NCBI RefSeq assembly: GCF_902713615.1
Contig: NC_052160.1
Location: 41,419,440-41,483,439 of the forward strand
DNA length: 64,000 nt
From: Scyliorhinus canicula
Taxonomy: Eukaryota
Direction of reading: 5' to 3'
In this document: positions 36,101-46,936 of the stretch, piece by piece
How the letters are laid out: the number at the start of each line of letters is the position of its first letter
How positions within the stretch are numbered: the stretch's first letter is position 1
Program-made: the position numbers and the translations under genes
The notes under the pieces: generated by a model
Database searches by the model: none
What the model saw: the letters and a program-made list of their open reading frames with translations, nothing else
Told to the model about the DNA's origin: nothing

Positions 36101-39100
36101 CAGGGATATGTTCCTGCCCTTCTTCAAAGTAGCATCTATTTATATTCATGTTTTAAATTTATTCTTTCAATGATGTGGGCATCTCTGACAAAGCCAACAT
36201 TTGTAATCCATTGCTAAGGGCGATACGGTAGCACAGTGATTAGCACTGTTGCTTCACAGAACCAGGGTCACAGATTTGATTCCCGGCTTGGGTCACTGTC
36301 GGTACAGAGTCTGCACGTTCTCCCCATGTCTGCGTGGGTTTCCTCCGGGTGCTCCGGTTTCTTCCCACAAGTCCCGAAAGACGTGCTGTCAGGTGAATTG
36401 GACATTCTGAATTCTCCCTCTGTGTACCCGAACAGGTGCTGGAGTGTGGCGACGAGGGGATTTTCATAGTAAATTCATGCAGTGTTAATGTAAGCCTACT
36501 TGTGACAATAATAAATATTATATTATTATTATTATTTTTCTTGAAATAAATTTAGAGTACCCAATTGCCTTTTCCAATTAAGGGGCAATTTAGCGTGGCC
36601 AATCCACCTATCCTGCACATTTTTGGGTTGTGGGGGTGAAACCCACGCAGACACGGAGAGAATGTGCAAACTCCACACGGACAGTGACCCAGGGCCGGGA
36701 TTCGAACCCGGGTCCTCAGCGCCGTAGGCAGCAATGCTAACCACTGTACCACCGTGCTGCCCACATATATTATTATTAATTGCCATTGAACTAAAGCAGC
36801 TTGCTCGACCATTTGAGGGAGCAATTAAGAGTCAACCCTATCTCTATGGATGTGGAGTCACAGGTAGGCCAGACCAGGTAAGGACAGAAGATTTCCTTCC
36901 ATAAAGGACAGTAGTGAAGGCTATGGGTTTTTATGACAATCAATGATAGTTTCATCATCACCATTACTGAGACCAACTTTCAATTCCAGATTTGCTTAAT
37001 TGAGAATAAATTTTACCCACTGTTGTGTCCCCAGAGACTCTGGATAACTGGTCTAGTGAGATTACCACTACACCACCACCTCCTAACAATCAGATAGGCC
37101 TCAGTTTAATATCTCACCGTAACAGTGTAGCACACACTCAGTACTGCCCTGGGAAATCAGTCCTGATTTTGGTGCTCTTGTCTCTGAAGTGAGATTTGGA
37201 CCCACCACATTCTGACTTGGATGATAATAATAATAATCGCTTATTGTCACAAGTAAGCTTCAATGAAGTTACTGTGAAAAGCCCCTAGCCATATTCCGGC
37301 GCCTGTTCGGGGAGGCCAGTACAGGAAGGTGAGAATACTAGGAACTAAACCACAGCTAACACACTCTGTACCGGTGAGCTTGTTTACCTTCTCCATGGTA
37401 GGTGGAACAGAGAATGTTCAGGGTTTCTAAAGGAGTTGTGTTGATGGAGTGTTAGAATATGTTAAACGTGGTGAAAGGGAGGAGAGAGAACCAGATTGAC
37501 ATGTGAATAAACTACTCCCATTCTGACCCTTGGTGGAATGTGATGAAATTATCTCACTTCATTGTCCTTCCTGCAATAGGAATGGATTCTTCGTCTTCTG
37601 AGCTGGGAAAAAGGGCTCCGTGGAAACAGAACATTGAGAAAGTAAGCTCTGATTTGTTAACTTGCCTTAATTTCTTGAGGGTGCTGGCTCACGCAGTACG
37701 GGATGGCTATCACTCAGCTGGAGTCGCCTAGTGACATTCCTTATGTGCGATTCTGGACAGTAAGTGGCACTGAGCAGTTATCAAACGGGCACATAATACT
37801 GTACCTGGCAGGATCTTTGTTAACCAAGTGATTGGGGTGTGCAAACACAACTTACCAACACATGCATTAGAAAAAACATTAAAATAAAAGCAAAATTCTG
37901 TGGATGCTAGAAATCCTAACTAAAAACAGGGAATTCTGGAAAACTCAGGTCTGGCGGCATCTGTGGAGATAAACACAAAGTCAACGTTTTGAGTCAGACC
38001 AGCTCAGAAGAACAGTCATACATAGAAACATAGCAGATAGGAGCAGGAGGAGGCCATTCGGCCCTTCAAGCCTGGTCCACCATTCATTATGATCATCACT
38101 GATCATCCAACTCAATAACCTGATCATGCTTTCCCCTCGTATCTTTTGATCCCCAAGTGCTATATCTAACTTTCTTGAAAACAAACAATGTTTTGGCCTC
38201 AATTACTTTCTGTGGTAATGAATACCACAGGCTTACAACTCCCTGGGAGAAGAAATTTCTTCTCGCCTCAGTCCTAAACGGTTTACCCCTTATCCTCAAA
38301 CTGTTACCCCTGGTTTTGGACACCCCCGCCATCGGGAACATCCTTCTTGCTTCTACTCCTGTTAGAATCTATGAGATTCCCCCCTCATTCTTCTAAACTC
38401 CAGCGAATATAATCCTAACCGACTCAATCTTTCCTCGTACTTCAGTACCGCCATCCCAGGAATCAGTCTCGTAAACCTTCTCTGCACTCTCTAGGGCAAG
38501 AATATCTTTCCTCACATAAGGGGACCAAAACTGTACCCAATATTCCATGTGTGGCCTCACCAAGGCCCTGCTCCTGCACTCGAATCCTCTCGTTATGATG
38601 GCCAACATGTCTTCTTTACTGTCTGCTGTACCTTCATACTTACCTTCAGTGACTGGTGTACCAGGGCACCCAGGTACTGTTGCACATTCCCCTCTCTTAA
38701 TTTACGGCCATTCAGATAATAGTGGATAACCTCACATTCTGAATTCTCTCTCTGTTTACCCGAACAGGCGCCGAAATGTGGCGACAAGGGCTTTTTCACA
38801 GTAACTTCATTGCAGTGTTAATGTCAGCCTACTTGTGACAATAAAGATTATTATTATTATTTATTCAAATTATACTGCAACTGCCATTCATTTGCCCCCC
38901 CCACTCAACTTGTCCAAATCACACTGAAAGATTTCTGCATCCTCCTCACAGCTCACCCTCCCACCCAGCTTTGTGTCCTCTGCAAATCTGGAGCTATGAT
39001 CTCTGCAATACCCCACTAGTCAATGCCTGCCATTTGTTTCCTATCTGCCAACCAGTTTTCTGTCCATCTCAACACACTACCCCTAATCCCATGCGTTTTA

Positions 39101-42100
39101 ATTTTACATGCTAATCTCTTATGTGGGACTTTAACGAAAGCTTCCTGAAGGTCCAAATAAATCACATCTACTGGCTCCCCCTCATCAACACTACTAGTTA
39201 CATCCTCAAAGAATTCCAGTAGATTTGTCGAGCATGATTTCCCCTTCATAAATCCATGCTGACTCTGTCCGATCCTACCACTGTTTTCTAAGTGCTCTGC
39301 AATAAAATCTTTGATAATGGATTCTATAATTTTTCCCACTGCCACATCAGGCTGACTGGTCTATAATTCCCTGTTCCTCTATCTCCCTTTTTAAATAGTG
39401 GGGTTAGCTACCCTCCAATCTGTAGAAACTGTTCCAGATTCTATAGAATCTTGGAAGATTACCACCAATGTACCCACTATTTCTCAGGCCACTTCTTTAA
39501 TTATTCTGGGATGTAGATTATCAGGCCCTGAGGATTTATCGGTCTTCAATCCCATCAATTTCCCATCACCATTTCTTTACTAATACTGATCTCCTTCAGT
39601 TCCTCCCTCACACTAAACCCTGTGTTCCCCAACATTTGTGTCCTCCTTTGTGAGGACAGACCCAAAGTATGTAGTTGCTCAGCCATTTCTTTGTTCCCCA
39701 TTATAAATTCCCCTGTTTCTGACTGTAAGGGATCTAAATTTGTCTTCACCAATCTTTTTCTCTTCACCTACCTACAGATACTTTTACAAACAGTTGTTAT
39801 GTTCCCAACAAGCTTACTCTCGTACTCTATTTTCCCCTTCTTAATCAATCCCTTTGCTGAATTCTAAACTGCGCCCAAGTCTCAGGTTTGTTGCTTTTCT
39901 TGGCCAATTAGTATGCTTCTTCTTTGGATCTAATACTATCTCTAATTTTCCTTGTAAGCCATGGTTTGGCCACTTTCCCATTTTACTTTTGCAGCAGACA
40001 GGAATAAACAATTGTTGCAGTTCCCCCAAGTGCTTCTTTGCCATTGCCTACCCACACTCAGCCCTTTGAGTAACGTTTCTGTAAGATTCCCCTTATCTCT
40101 CACTCATAGGTCTCAGTCCGGTTGAATATGTGTATAAAGCACTTTTATTTCTTCAAGAATTTGTTTGGTACATTTACACAAAATTAAATCGACAAACTTT
40201 TTGTGAGTACTTTGAGACACTGAAGAGTGAAAACAAAAAACTTCAAGATAAAAGTGACTCCAGATTTACAAATTAAAATCGTTTCAACAAAAGTCCTTTT
40301 TAAAAGTAATTTTCACGAATGATTCAAGGATCTCGGACGACCTAAATTCTTCTCTCTAATCAATTATACAGATTACATTCTTAAGGGAATCCTTATCTGG
40401 GTTTAGCCCCTTACTTAGTTTCATTGGTTCTAATTCTCAGCTGAGGCTCTCTGATTTATTCTAACAACTGTCTGTCACTTAGAACCTGATTTGTTATCCA
40501 GGCATTGGTCATTACTTAAAATTCACCAATGTCCCATCAAATTAATTAAATGTCTACGTGCATCTGCCATGTATGCCATTTCTACATTGGTAAGGTGCTG
40601 GCATTAACCTTGCTTTTGATACATTTTTATTACTAAATGCATTATGGAACAATGACCTATTCATTATGAAGGCCTTATGAAAGTGTTTTTTGAAACAATA
40701 TTGGCTTTGACCAGCAGTTCTCATATTTCTATATGAAACCATGACTTTGGATATTTCATTTTCTGTCTAAGTACTGAATTAAAAAATTATACAGCAATTC
40801 TTAAAGGTCCCAAATAAATCAATGAAACAATTAGTAAATCAATAAACCTGTAATCTATCAGTTTCCCTATCCATCATAGCCAGCCTGTGCCTCACACCAT
40901 CATAGCTTCCTTTCTTACGATTCTGGACCTTACTTTCCGAATCAGCTATGTTATGGACTTGAAACAATGGGTGGAATCTTACCAAAAAATGGCAACATGT
41001 CAGTTCTGGTGAGAAAAATTCCCGCCATTGGATTTTTCACGGAATTTTGAAAAGTTTCTTCCCCATATGAATCATGCCATGCTCTTGGCGGCCTCCTGCT
41101 GTTCGCTTGTCCAGGGAAACTTCATCATTGCAATCACTGGGGAGTGTGGGGGTTCTACTTCCAGTTAGATTGTGCTTCCCCAATTGAGAGGATCTTCATT
41201 CCTCATGAGATACAGTTGCAAGCCATTCCTGAGAACCCCATTCTGCCCTTACAGTCTGGCTCCCATGGGACCCCACCCAATAACCTCACAGTTGCCCCTT
41301 GTGCTGACCCTCTGTATTCACCTCCTCCAATCCATTTTCCAGCTCGCACTAAGGACGGGCTCTCCTTCAGTGATGGCTTGGCCACAATCCCAGCAAGGAG
41401 GTCACAGGAAGCTATGCCTGCATGCCAGCCTCCAGAGCCCCTTAAAGAAAGGGGCGCCCTGAAATAAAGGAAGGTAAGGCCTGCTAGCGACCCCTCCCCC
41501 CAAGATTGAGTGACTGAACCCCAGCCCTGGCCCTGAGGTTAGCGTGACCAAACCACCTACCCTGCACATCTTTGGGTTGTGGGGATGACACCCACACAAA
41601 CACGGGGAGAATGGGCAAACTCCACACGGACAGTGACCTGGGGCCGGGATTCGAACCCGGGTCCTCAGCGCCGTGAGGCAGCAGGGCTAACCACTGTGCC
41701 ACCGTGCTGCCCCATTGAGATTCTGTATAGTGAGGGTGATAATGACAAAATGAGAGATCACAGATATAGATTGAGAGGTGGTATATTTAAAACTGAGATG
41801 AGGAGCAACTGCTTCTCGCAGAGGGTGGTGAATTTGTGGAACTCACTGCCCCATAGTGCGGGGGAGACTGGAGTCATTAAATGGTTTCAAGAAAGAGATA
41901 GATATAATTCTGATATGTTCCTATGACAATACCCTAAAAAATACTTAATTGGCTTTAAAGACAGTGGGATGTCCTGAGGTTGTGAAAAGCAATATCTAAA
42001 TGGAAGTCTTCTTTCACTTGGATTCCATACAATAGGATAAGGGGCCATGGGTTCAGCATATTCCATGCTTTACGTCTGTGTGCAGAAGGCATGTACATAA

Positions 42101-42662
42101 AAGAGTTCACAGACTTTACTGAGACATCATGGTCTTATTTCCACCTAACAGGAATGAGTTAGCCAATTTGGGCATCTTCTACAAAGATCTCAATCAGAGG
42201 AACATTTCTGAAACAGCTGCCAATGACGTAAGTGTTCAATAATACTCATTATATCCGTTAATGTGAGTTTTTCAACCAAACACTGCAGGGGGATCCCAGG
42301 TTTGTTTATCAATCTGTGGTTAGCTAAATTGGACAACAGCGAAGGCAGAGAGTCTCCGCACCAATGGGCTAGTGATTAGGAAATTGCTACAGGTTCCCAA
42401 TCCAGAGGTTCAGACCAGAAGTGGACATAACTGAAATTGGGTGACTACAGGGATGAGATACCTCTGTGATTAAATAGCCTGATGACTACCACTCCCGAGG
42501 ATTGCATGTGAATAAATAATAGTCTCCAGTGAAAATTTAGGCCCTAGGGTCTACTTTGCCATTCATTTAGATTGTGGTTAATTTGTATTTTAAGTTCACT
42601 GACCCGCCTTGGTTTATTAACCCAGATTGCCTGAGAACAACCCATCAAGTCTACCCCTCCGC

Positions 42663-42693
<31 letters not shown>

Positions 42694-45600
42694 TCTCCCA
42701 GCTTTTCAATGGGGGAAAGAGTTCCCAAACTCCACTCTCCATCTGCTATAATCCCTGAATCGCCTTGTTCTAATTGTTCCGGAATCCCTCACCAGGGAAA
42801 ATAATTTCTATCTAGCCTGTCAAATCCTTTAATCACCTTAATTATATCACCCTTTAATGTTCCACACTTTTCATAGAATTTACAGTGCAGAAGGAGGCCA
42901 TTCGGTCCATCGAGTCTGCACCGGCTCTTGGAAAGAGCACCCTACCCAAGGTCAATACCTCCAGCCTATACCCATAACCCAGTAACCCCACCCAACACTA
43001 AGGGCAATTTTGGATACTAAGGGCAATTTATCATGGCCAATTCACCTAACCTGCACATCTTTGGACTGTGGGAGGAAACCGGAGCACCCGGAGGAAACCC
43101 ACGCACACACGGGGAGGATGTGCAGACTCCGCACAGACAGTGACCCAAGCCAGAATCGAACCTGGGACCCTGGAGCTGTGAAGCCATTGTGCTATCCACA
43201 ATGCTACCGTGTGGGAATACAAACCTCATCTATGCAACCCATTCTCGTACTTTAACCCATTTAGTCCCATAGAGAAAGGGAGAAAAATGATGGAAAAAAG
43301 GTAATTTAACGCCTTTTATACTGGAGAGAAAAGGAAAGAAATGGAGATGAAACTACATCAAAGGGGTTACAGTCCCATGAAATTCCCACTCGTCTCTTAA
43401 TGCACTCAAACAATAGTTTAAGGGAGGGATACAGGATATAGAGAATTTTGCTGAATTAAATGTAATAGGAGGGTTTTTGGTTATTCATTTACGGGATGTG
43501 GGTGTCACTAACTGTGCCAGCGTTTGTTGCCCATCCCTAACCGCCCTCCATTTCAGAGGGCTTTTGAAAGTCAACCACACTGCTATGGATCTGGAGTCGC
43601 ATGTAGGCCAGACCAGGTAAGGAGGGAAAATTTCCTTCTCTAAAGGATAATAGTGAACAAGATAGGTTTTTATGACAATCGATCAACTCATGGTCATCAT
43701 TAGACTTTTGATTCCAGATTTGTATTGAATTTAAATTTCACCACATTAAAATTGAGGCACTGATTTACTGGAAATCAGTGGAAGTCATGAGAGATGGCAG
43801 AATAAGACTTGTACCCTCAATGCCTATGTAGATATTGTGCCTAGGTTCTTCATTGCATTGTATCAATGAGGTTGGTCACTTTCTGTAAGTGAACTTCCAA
43901 CAGCCCATGCTGTTTGCAATAAAATGTTGAATGTTAATTGAATTATCTAATCCAAACAAAAAGCTCACTTAGTGAAGTAAATTACTGCAGGAAATCATTA
44001 AAAGTTGATAAGCAACCCTAGTTACCAGGCTTCCTGAGGTTCCCAGCATCACTCCTACCAGCCTCCAGCTAATTTGATTCACAGCACATGATGTCAAGAA
44101 ATGGTTGAAGGCACTGGATGCTGCCAAGGCTAATGGCCCTCACCAATACTCTGGCAGTAGTACTGAAGACGCGTGTTTCAGAATTAGCCATGCAATGTGG
44201 AAAATTGCCCATGTATTTCTTGTACACGAAAACAGGACAAATCCAAGCCAACCAATTACCACCCCATCTGTCTACTCTTTATCATCAGCAAAGTGTCGGA
44301 AGTTGTTGTTAACATTGCTATCAAGTGTCCCTTACTCAGCAATGGAAGTTCCCATAGTCCCAGGTGACCACAGGCTGCTCTCTCTCCTTTGAGGGGAGAG
44401 CTGACTGTTGGTGAGGGACACCACACCTCAGGTGAGGGGCAAGGTTGAGAAGGTGGGCAAGTGTGGCATCAAGGAGTGAGTGGCAATCAGGGGAAAACTC
44501 CTGGCTGGAGTCATACCTGACAGGTTGGAGTCATGCCTAGCACATTGGAAGATGTCTGTGGTAATTGGAGGTCAGGACATCATTGTAGGAGTTCTTCCAG
44601 GTAGTGTCTTAAGCCCAACCATCCTCGGCCTCTTCATTAATGGCAATGGCATTCCTTCCACCATTATGTCAGAAGTGAGTAAATTCACTGATGATTACAC
44701 AATGTTCAGTAACATTTGGGACTCGTCAGATACTGAAACAGTCTGTGTTCATATGCAGCAAGACCTTGCCAACTTTCAGCCTTAGGCTGATAAGTGGCCT
44801 GTAAAATTCATGCCTCACAAATGCCTGGCAATGACCATCTTCAACAAGAAAAATCGAACTATGTCCCCTTAACATTCAATGGTATTACCATTGCTGAACC
44901 CCCAACTATCAACATCCTGGGAGTTGCTATTGACCAGAAACTGAACTGGACAGGCCATATGAATGTTATAGCTACAAGAAAAGGTCAGAGGCTGGGAATT
45001 CTGAGGCGAGTAACTTGCCTCCAGATTCCCAAAAGCCTCTCCAACCAACAAGTCGGGAGTGTGATGGAATATTCTCCATTTGTCCAACAACCCCAAGAAG
45101 CTCAACATCAGTCAGGACAAAGCAGCCCACTTGATTTTCATCCCATCCATTATCTTAACATTCACAGGGCAGCACGGTGATGCAGTGGTTAGCACTGCTT
45201 CCTCACGGCGCCGAGGACCTGGGTTCGATCCCGGCCCCGGGTCACTGTCCATGTGGAGTTCACACATTCTCCCTGTGTCTGGGTGGGTCTCACTCCCACA
45301 ACCCAAAGATGTGCAGGCTACATGGATTAGTCACGCTAACTTGCCCCTTATTTGAAAAAGTTAAAATAAATAAATATCTTAACCTTCCCTCCCTCCGCCA
45401 CCAATGCCCAATGGCAGCAGTGTGTATCATCTACAAGATGGACTGCTGCAACTCATCAAGGCTCCTTCGACAGCACCTTCCAAGCCCATGACCTCCGCAT
45501 TTAGAAGGACAAGATGCATGGAAGCACCTGCAAGTTCCCTTCCAAGCCACACACTGTCCTGACTTGGAACTATATTGTCATCTGTTCACTGTCATTGGAT

Positions 45601-46280
45601 CAAAATTCTGGAATTCCCTTCCTAGTTGCAGTGTGGGTGTACCTAGGCCACATGGACTACAGCGGTTCAAGAAGGTAGCTCATTGCCAACTTCCCAATGG
45701 CAATTCAGAAAGGGCAACAAATGCTGGCCTAGCCAGCAAAGCCCATATTCTGTGAATAATTAAAAAATGGTGCCAGCACAGTGTCTGACTCAGGATCTGC
45801 ACCTCATCCCATTCTGCACCTCCCCCCCACCCCCCCTTCCCATTTCACCAATTCAGGGGTGTAGGCCACAATAAGTGACCCTGCAGTCATTCTAATACTC
45901 CACCCCTCTCATTTCAGATCGTCACCTTACTCTCAAACTTCGGAGGCCAGCTGGGTCTGTGGATGAGCTGTTCTGTAGTCTGCATCATTGAGATTGTTGA
46001 AGTGTTCATCTTTGATATGTTCTTGATAATCGGGCGGAAATGTGTGCAGACCATACGCAAGTGGTGGCAGAAGGAACAGGAGGAGTTGCCCACAACCATC
46101 AGCAACTCAGCTCATGGAGCTCCTTTCTGCGTCAGTGATGAAGACCCACCAACTTTCAACTCTGCCCTCCAGCTGCCTCGACCCCCTTTCCCAGACACAC
46201 TTCCCCCCACTTATGAAACCTTGCGGATTCGCAGCAGTTTCATCCCAGACATCTCCACTATGGAGTCCGGCAGCCACTGA
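14824..46280 (+). CDS. SCNN1G: Epithelial sodium channel gamma subunit gene, 12 coding exons: join(14824-15143,15945-16253,21641-21840,24975-25077,29847-30010,34081-34179,34276-34393,34886-34964,35308-35365,37580-37641,42152-42227,45918-46280); exons 1-4 frameshifted in this sequence
   Basis: Spliced translation shows DEG/ENaC hallmarks with gamma-specific motifs: [85 protein letters not shown]. All introns are GT-AG with consistent phases, and exons 5-11 (164/99/118/79/58/62/76 nt) match the vertebrate SCNN1G exon sizes as I recall them. Repaired CDS 1953 nt = 650 aa. Confidence 0.96.
15250..15520 (-). mobile_element. DeuSINE-type SINE 3' portion
   Basis: Reverse of the core (ggagaactcc...cttctccaaagtagtgcc..gggat...acatcc...ttggtttaa). 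Confidence 0.55.
15945..16253 (+). CDS. SCNN1G: SCNN1G coding exon 2 (finger/GRIP domain); -1 frameshift at ~15983 (TGA 15991-15993)
   Basis: ttcacag acceptor. [13 protein letters not shown], then shifted [14 protein letters not shown]...NIPLLIEL...KTVGFKL. GTAAGT donor at 16254. Exon is 309 nt where phase requires 310. Confidence 0.9.
16465..19105. repeat. 24-bp minisatellite (GTGAGTGGGCTGGCACTGACCGCA)n, ~110 copies, in the intron after coding exon 2
   Basis: Highly homogeneous periodicity; explains the long spurious ORFs. Confidence 0.96.
19110..21325. repeat. ~24-25-bp minisatellite (GWCTGGTACTGACCGGAGCAGGGG)n
   Basis: Visible periodicity with GAGAGA/GGGGG variants. Confidence 0.95.
21329..21518 (+). 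mobile_element. Short tRNA SINE without V-domain, with (CATTT)n tail
   Basis: Head gctggattagcatagtgg...ggttcaattcc and tail gaacaggcgccggaatgtggcgactaggggcttttcacagtaac; second copy at 56633. Confidence 0.8.
21641..21840 (+). CDS. SCNN1G: SCNN1G coding exon 3; +1/-1 indel pair at ~21814-21826 with TGA 21818-21820
   Basis: [58 protein letters not shown], then FDG shifted, then PCDS(R). Acceptor aaacag; weak donor GTTCTT. Confidence 0.9.
21900..24820. repeat. 33-bp minisatellite (CAGTACTGAGGGAGTGCTGCACTGTCAGAGGGT)n, ~85-90 copies, DeuSINE-derived
   Basis: Visible periodicity; the unit matches SINE sequence at ~3290 and ~28868. Confidence 0.95.
24975..25077 (+). CDS. SCNN1G: SCNN1G coding exon 4; several indels (TAA 24985-24987, C7 run 24995-25001, ~25063, ~25072)
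   Basis: Pieces NFS / MHHP / [21 protein letters not shown] / GPK lie in different frames. Acceptor ttgcag, donor GTAAAA. Exon is 103 nt where phase requires 104. Confidence 0.88.
25131..25352 (+). mobile_element. V-SINE, short subfamily
   Basis: Consensus match. Confidence 0.83.
25371..27841. mobile_element. Degenerate non-autonomous DNA transposon (PIF/Harbinger-like), with nested SINE and CR1 pieces and a poly-G tract
   Basis: Termini GGGCTGATTCTCC ... GAATTCCGCCC resemble the TIRs of the local MITEs; GC/CpG-rich interior. Confidence 0.5.
28752..29265 (+). mobile_element. DeuSINE-type SINE with a duplicated 33-bp unit, interrupted by a MITE
   Basis: gagttcaaactcc B-box and a doubled cagtactgagggagtgctgc unit; the core resumes (ctttcagatgagac) after 29123. 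Confidence 0.7.
28936..29123. mobile_element. MITE (GGACTGGATTCTCC...GGAGAATCCCACC)
   Basis: TIRs; interrupts a DeuSINE. Confidence 0.65.
29271..29707. mobile_element. Two V-SINEs in inverted orientation (+ 29271-29425, - 29498-29707)
   Basis: Consensus matches. Confidence 0.8.
29847..30010 (+). CDS. SCNN1G: SCNN1G coding exon 5 (intact)
   Basis: [55 protein letters not shown]; AG/GT boundaries. Confidence 0.95.
30331..32722 (+). mobile_element. Decayed tRNA-headed L2/CR1-clade LINE (endonuclease + RT) with two nested V-SINEs (+ 30981-31203, - 31232-31550)
   Basis: A box 30340-30350 and B box 30403-30413; APE start ([23 protein letters not shown]); RT motifs ALDIKAAFD (~31973) and VFADD (~32207). 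Confidence 0.75.
32725..33040 (-). mobile_element. L1-like ORF2 C-terminal (zf-RVT) fragment
   Basis: Minus strand reads [29 protein letters not shown]...EDRCGRC. Confidence 0.65.
33335..33872 (+). mobile_element. CR1-like LINE 3' end
   Basis: [18 protein letters not shown] motif; tail gatgggctgaatggcc. Confidence 0.8.
34081..34179 (+). CDS. SCNN1G: SCNN1G coding exon 6 (intact)
   Basis: [33 protein letters not shown]; tttcag / GTAAGG. Confidence 0.95.
34276..34393 (+). CDS. SCNN1G: SCNN1G coding exon 7 (Cys-rich thumb, intact)
   Basis: [39 protein letters not shown]; ctatag / GTGAGT. Confidence 0.95.
34886..34964 (+). CDS. SCNN1G: SCNN1G coding exon 8 (intact)
   Basis: [26 protein letters not shown]; ccacag / GTAAGT. 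Confidence 0.95.
35308..35365 (+). CDS. SCNN1G: SCNN1G coding exon 9 (intact)
   Basis: [20 protein letters not shown]; ccacag / GTGAGC. Confidence 0.94.
35828..35991. mobile_element. MITE (GGCCAGGATTCTCCG...CGGAGAATCCCGCCC) with tandemly triplicated right end
   Basis: TIRs; ggagaatcccgc occurs three times. Confidence 0.65.
36157..37083 (-). mobile_element. Short tRNA-headed element (internally deleted LINE derivative) interrupted by two V-SINEs (+ 36218-36533, - 36535-36763)
   Basis: Reverse head at 37061-37083, core at 36790-37020 and reverse LINE tail at 36157-36217. Confidence 0.65.
37580..37641 (+). CDS. SCNN1G: SCNN1G coding exon 10 (intact)
   Basis: [21 protein letters not shown]; caatag / GTAAGC. 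Confidence 0.92.
38018..40079 (-). mobile_element. CR1-like (HER1-type) LINE, RT region and 3' end, decayed; SINE tail nested at ~38735-38860
   Basis: [52 protein letters not shown]; [24 protein letters not shown]. Confidence 0.9.
40080..40919 (-). mobile_element. Possible solo LTR (~840 bp)
   Basis: TGTAAGA...TCTTACG termini, reverse poly(A) signal at ~40145, abrupt junction with the CR1; TSD imperfect. Confidence 0.4.
41537..41925. mobile_element. Minus-strand V-SINE (41537-41712) adjoining a plus-strand CR1 3' fragment
   Basis: V-SINE consensus; [22 protein letters not shown]. Confidence 0.78.
42152..42227 (+). CDS. SCNN1G: SCNN1G coding exon 11 (intact)
   Basis: [25 protein letters not shown]; taacag / GTAAGT. 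Confidence 0.94.
42871..43210 (-). mobile_element. HE1-like V-SINE with CR1-type tail
   Basis: Near-identical to the 9483 and 31232 copies. Confidence 0.88.
43482..43743 (-). mobile_element. Short internally deleted derivative of the tRNA-headed LINE
   Basis: LINE 5' segment (to ...ctctgaaatgg) joined to the LINE 3' tail (gggcaacaaacgctggc). Confidence 0.65.
44025..45768 (+). mobile_element. L2/CR1-clade LINE, RT to 3' end, with nested V-SINE (45167-45372)
   Basis: [18 protein letters not shown]...KFTDD; [17 protein letters not shown]. Confidence 0.85.
45918..46280 (+). CDS. SCNN1G: SCNN1G last coding exon (TM2, SCS selectivity filter, PY motif; intact)
   Basis: [33 protein letters not shown]...[14 protein letters not shown]...[10 protein letters not shown]...GSH*; acceptor tttcag. 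Confidence 0.96.
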   Translation: MVTLLSNFGGQLGLWMSCSVVCIIEIVEVFIFDMFLIIGRKCVQTIRKWWQKEQEELPTTISNSAHGAPFCVSDEDPPTFNSALQLPRPPFPDTLPPTYETLRIRSSFIPDISTMESGSH

Positions 46281-46936
46281 TTGCATTTTTGCAAGGGCTT
46301 TTGATGATTTTTAATTTAATTAAGTTCTATACGTCAAAGGCCAAGGAACATTTCTCAGTACTGTTAAAATATTAGATCATCCCAGTACAGCTGTACCAGA
46401 TCTATATGTCTCCCACGCTGCGATTGTGTCCTCCACATGTTGAAATTGTGCTCTCTTGACCTCTCACCCCCACCCCAGCTAACCCCTAGATCAAGTTTGT
46501 GGGGTCACTCGGAAGGTACCAACTTAGCAGGGCTTAGGCACCAACCTATGTTATGCATTCAGAAGTTCTAACACTTGCCCGCATAGAGGGGAAATATTTA
46601 GTTTCCCGGTTTCCCTCGTCTTCCTGGGTAAATTGCACAATCTGTTTTAAAAGGCACTTGGCTTCCGTGTTCCTCTTGCAAGATCATTTTACTTGCATAT
46701 ACATAATCCATCGGTTTACTTTGGCTCTCTCGCAGCAATACAGTAAACAAGGCTCTTGGTGAGCCGAAGTGCGATCCACCAATATGTTGTGGACTCCAGA
46801 GATATTCCAGGCCCCATCTAAGAAAGTGGAGTCGGAACTCTTAATGAAGGGATTATTGAGAGACTGAAGCCTCGCAAACAGACCTGTCCCAGTCACAATA
46901 TTTGCAATTTAAGGAATGAGTGCAAATACACTTACT

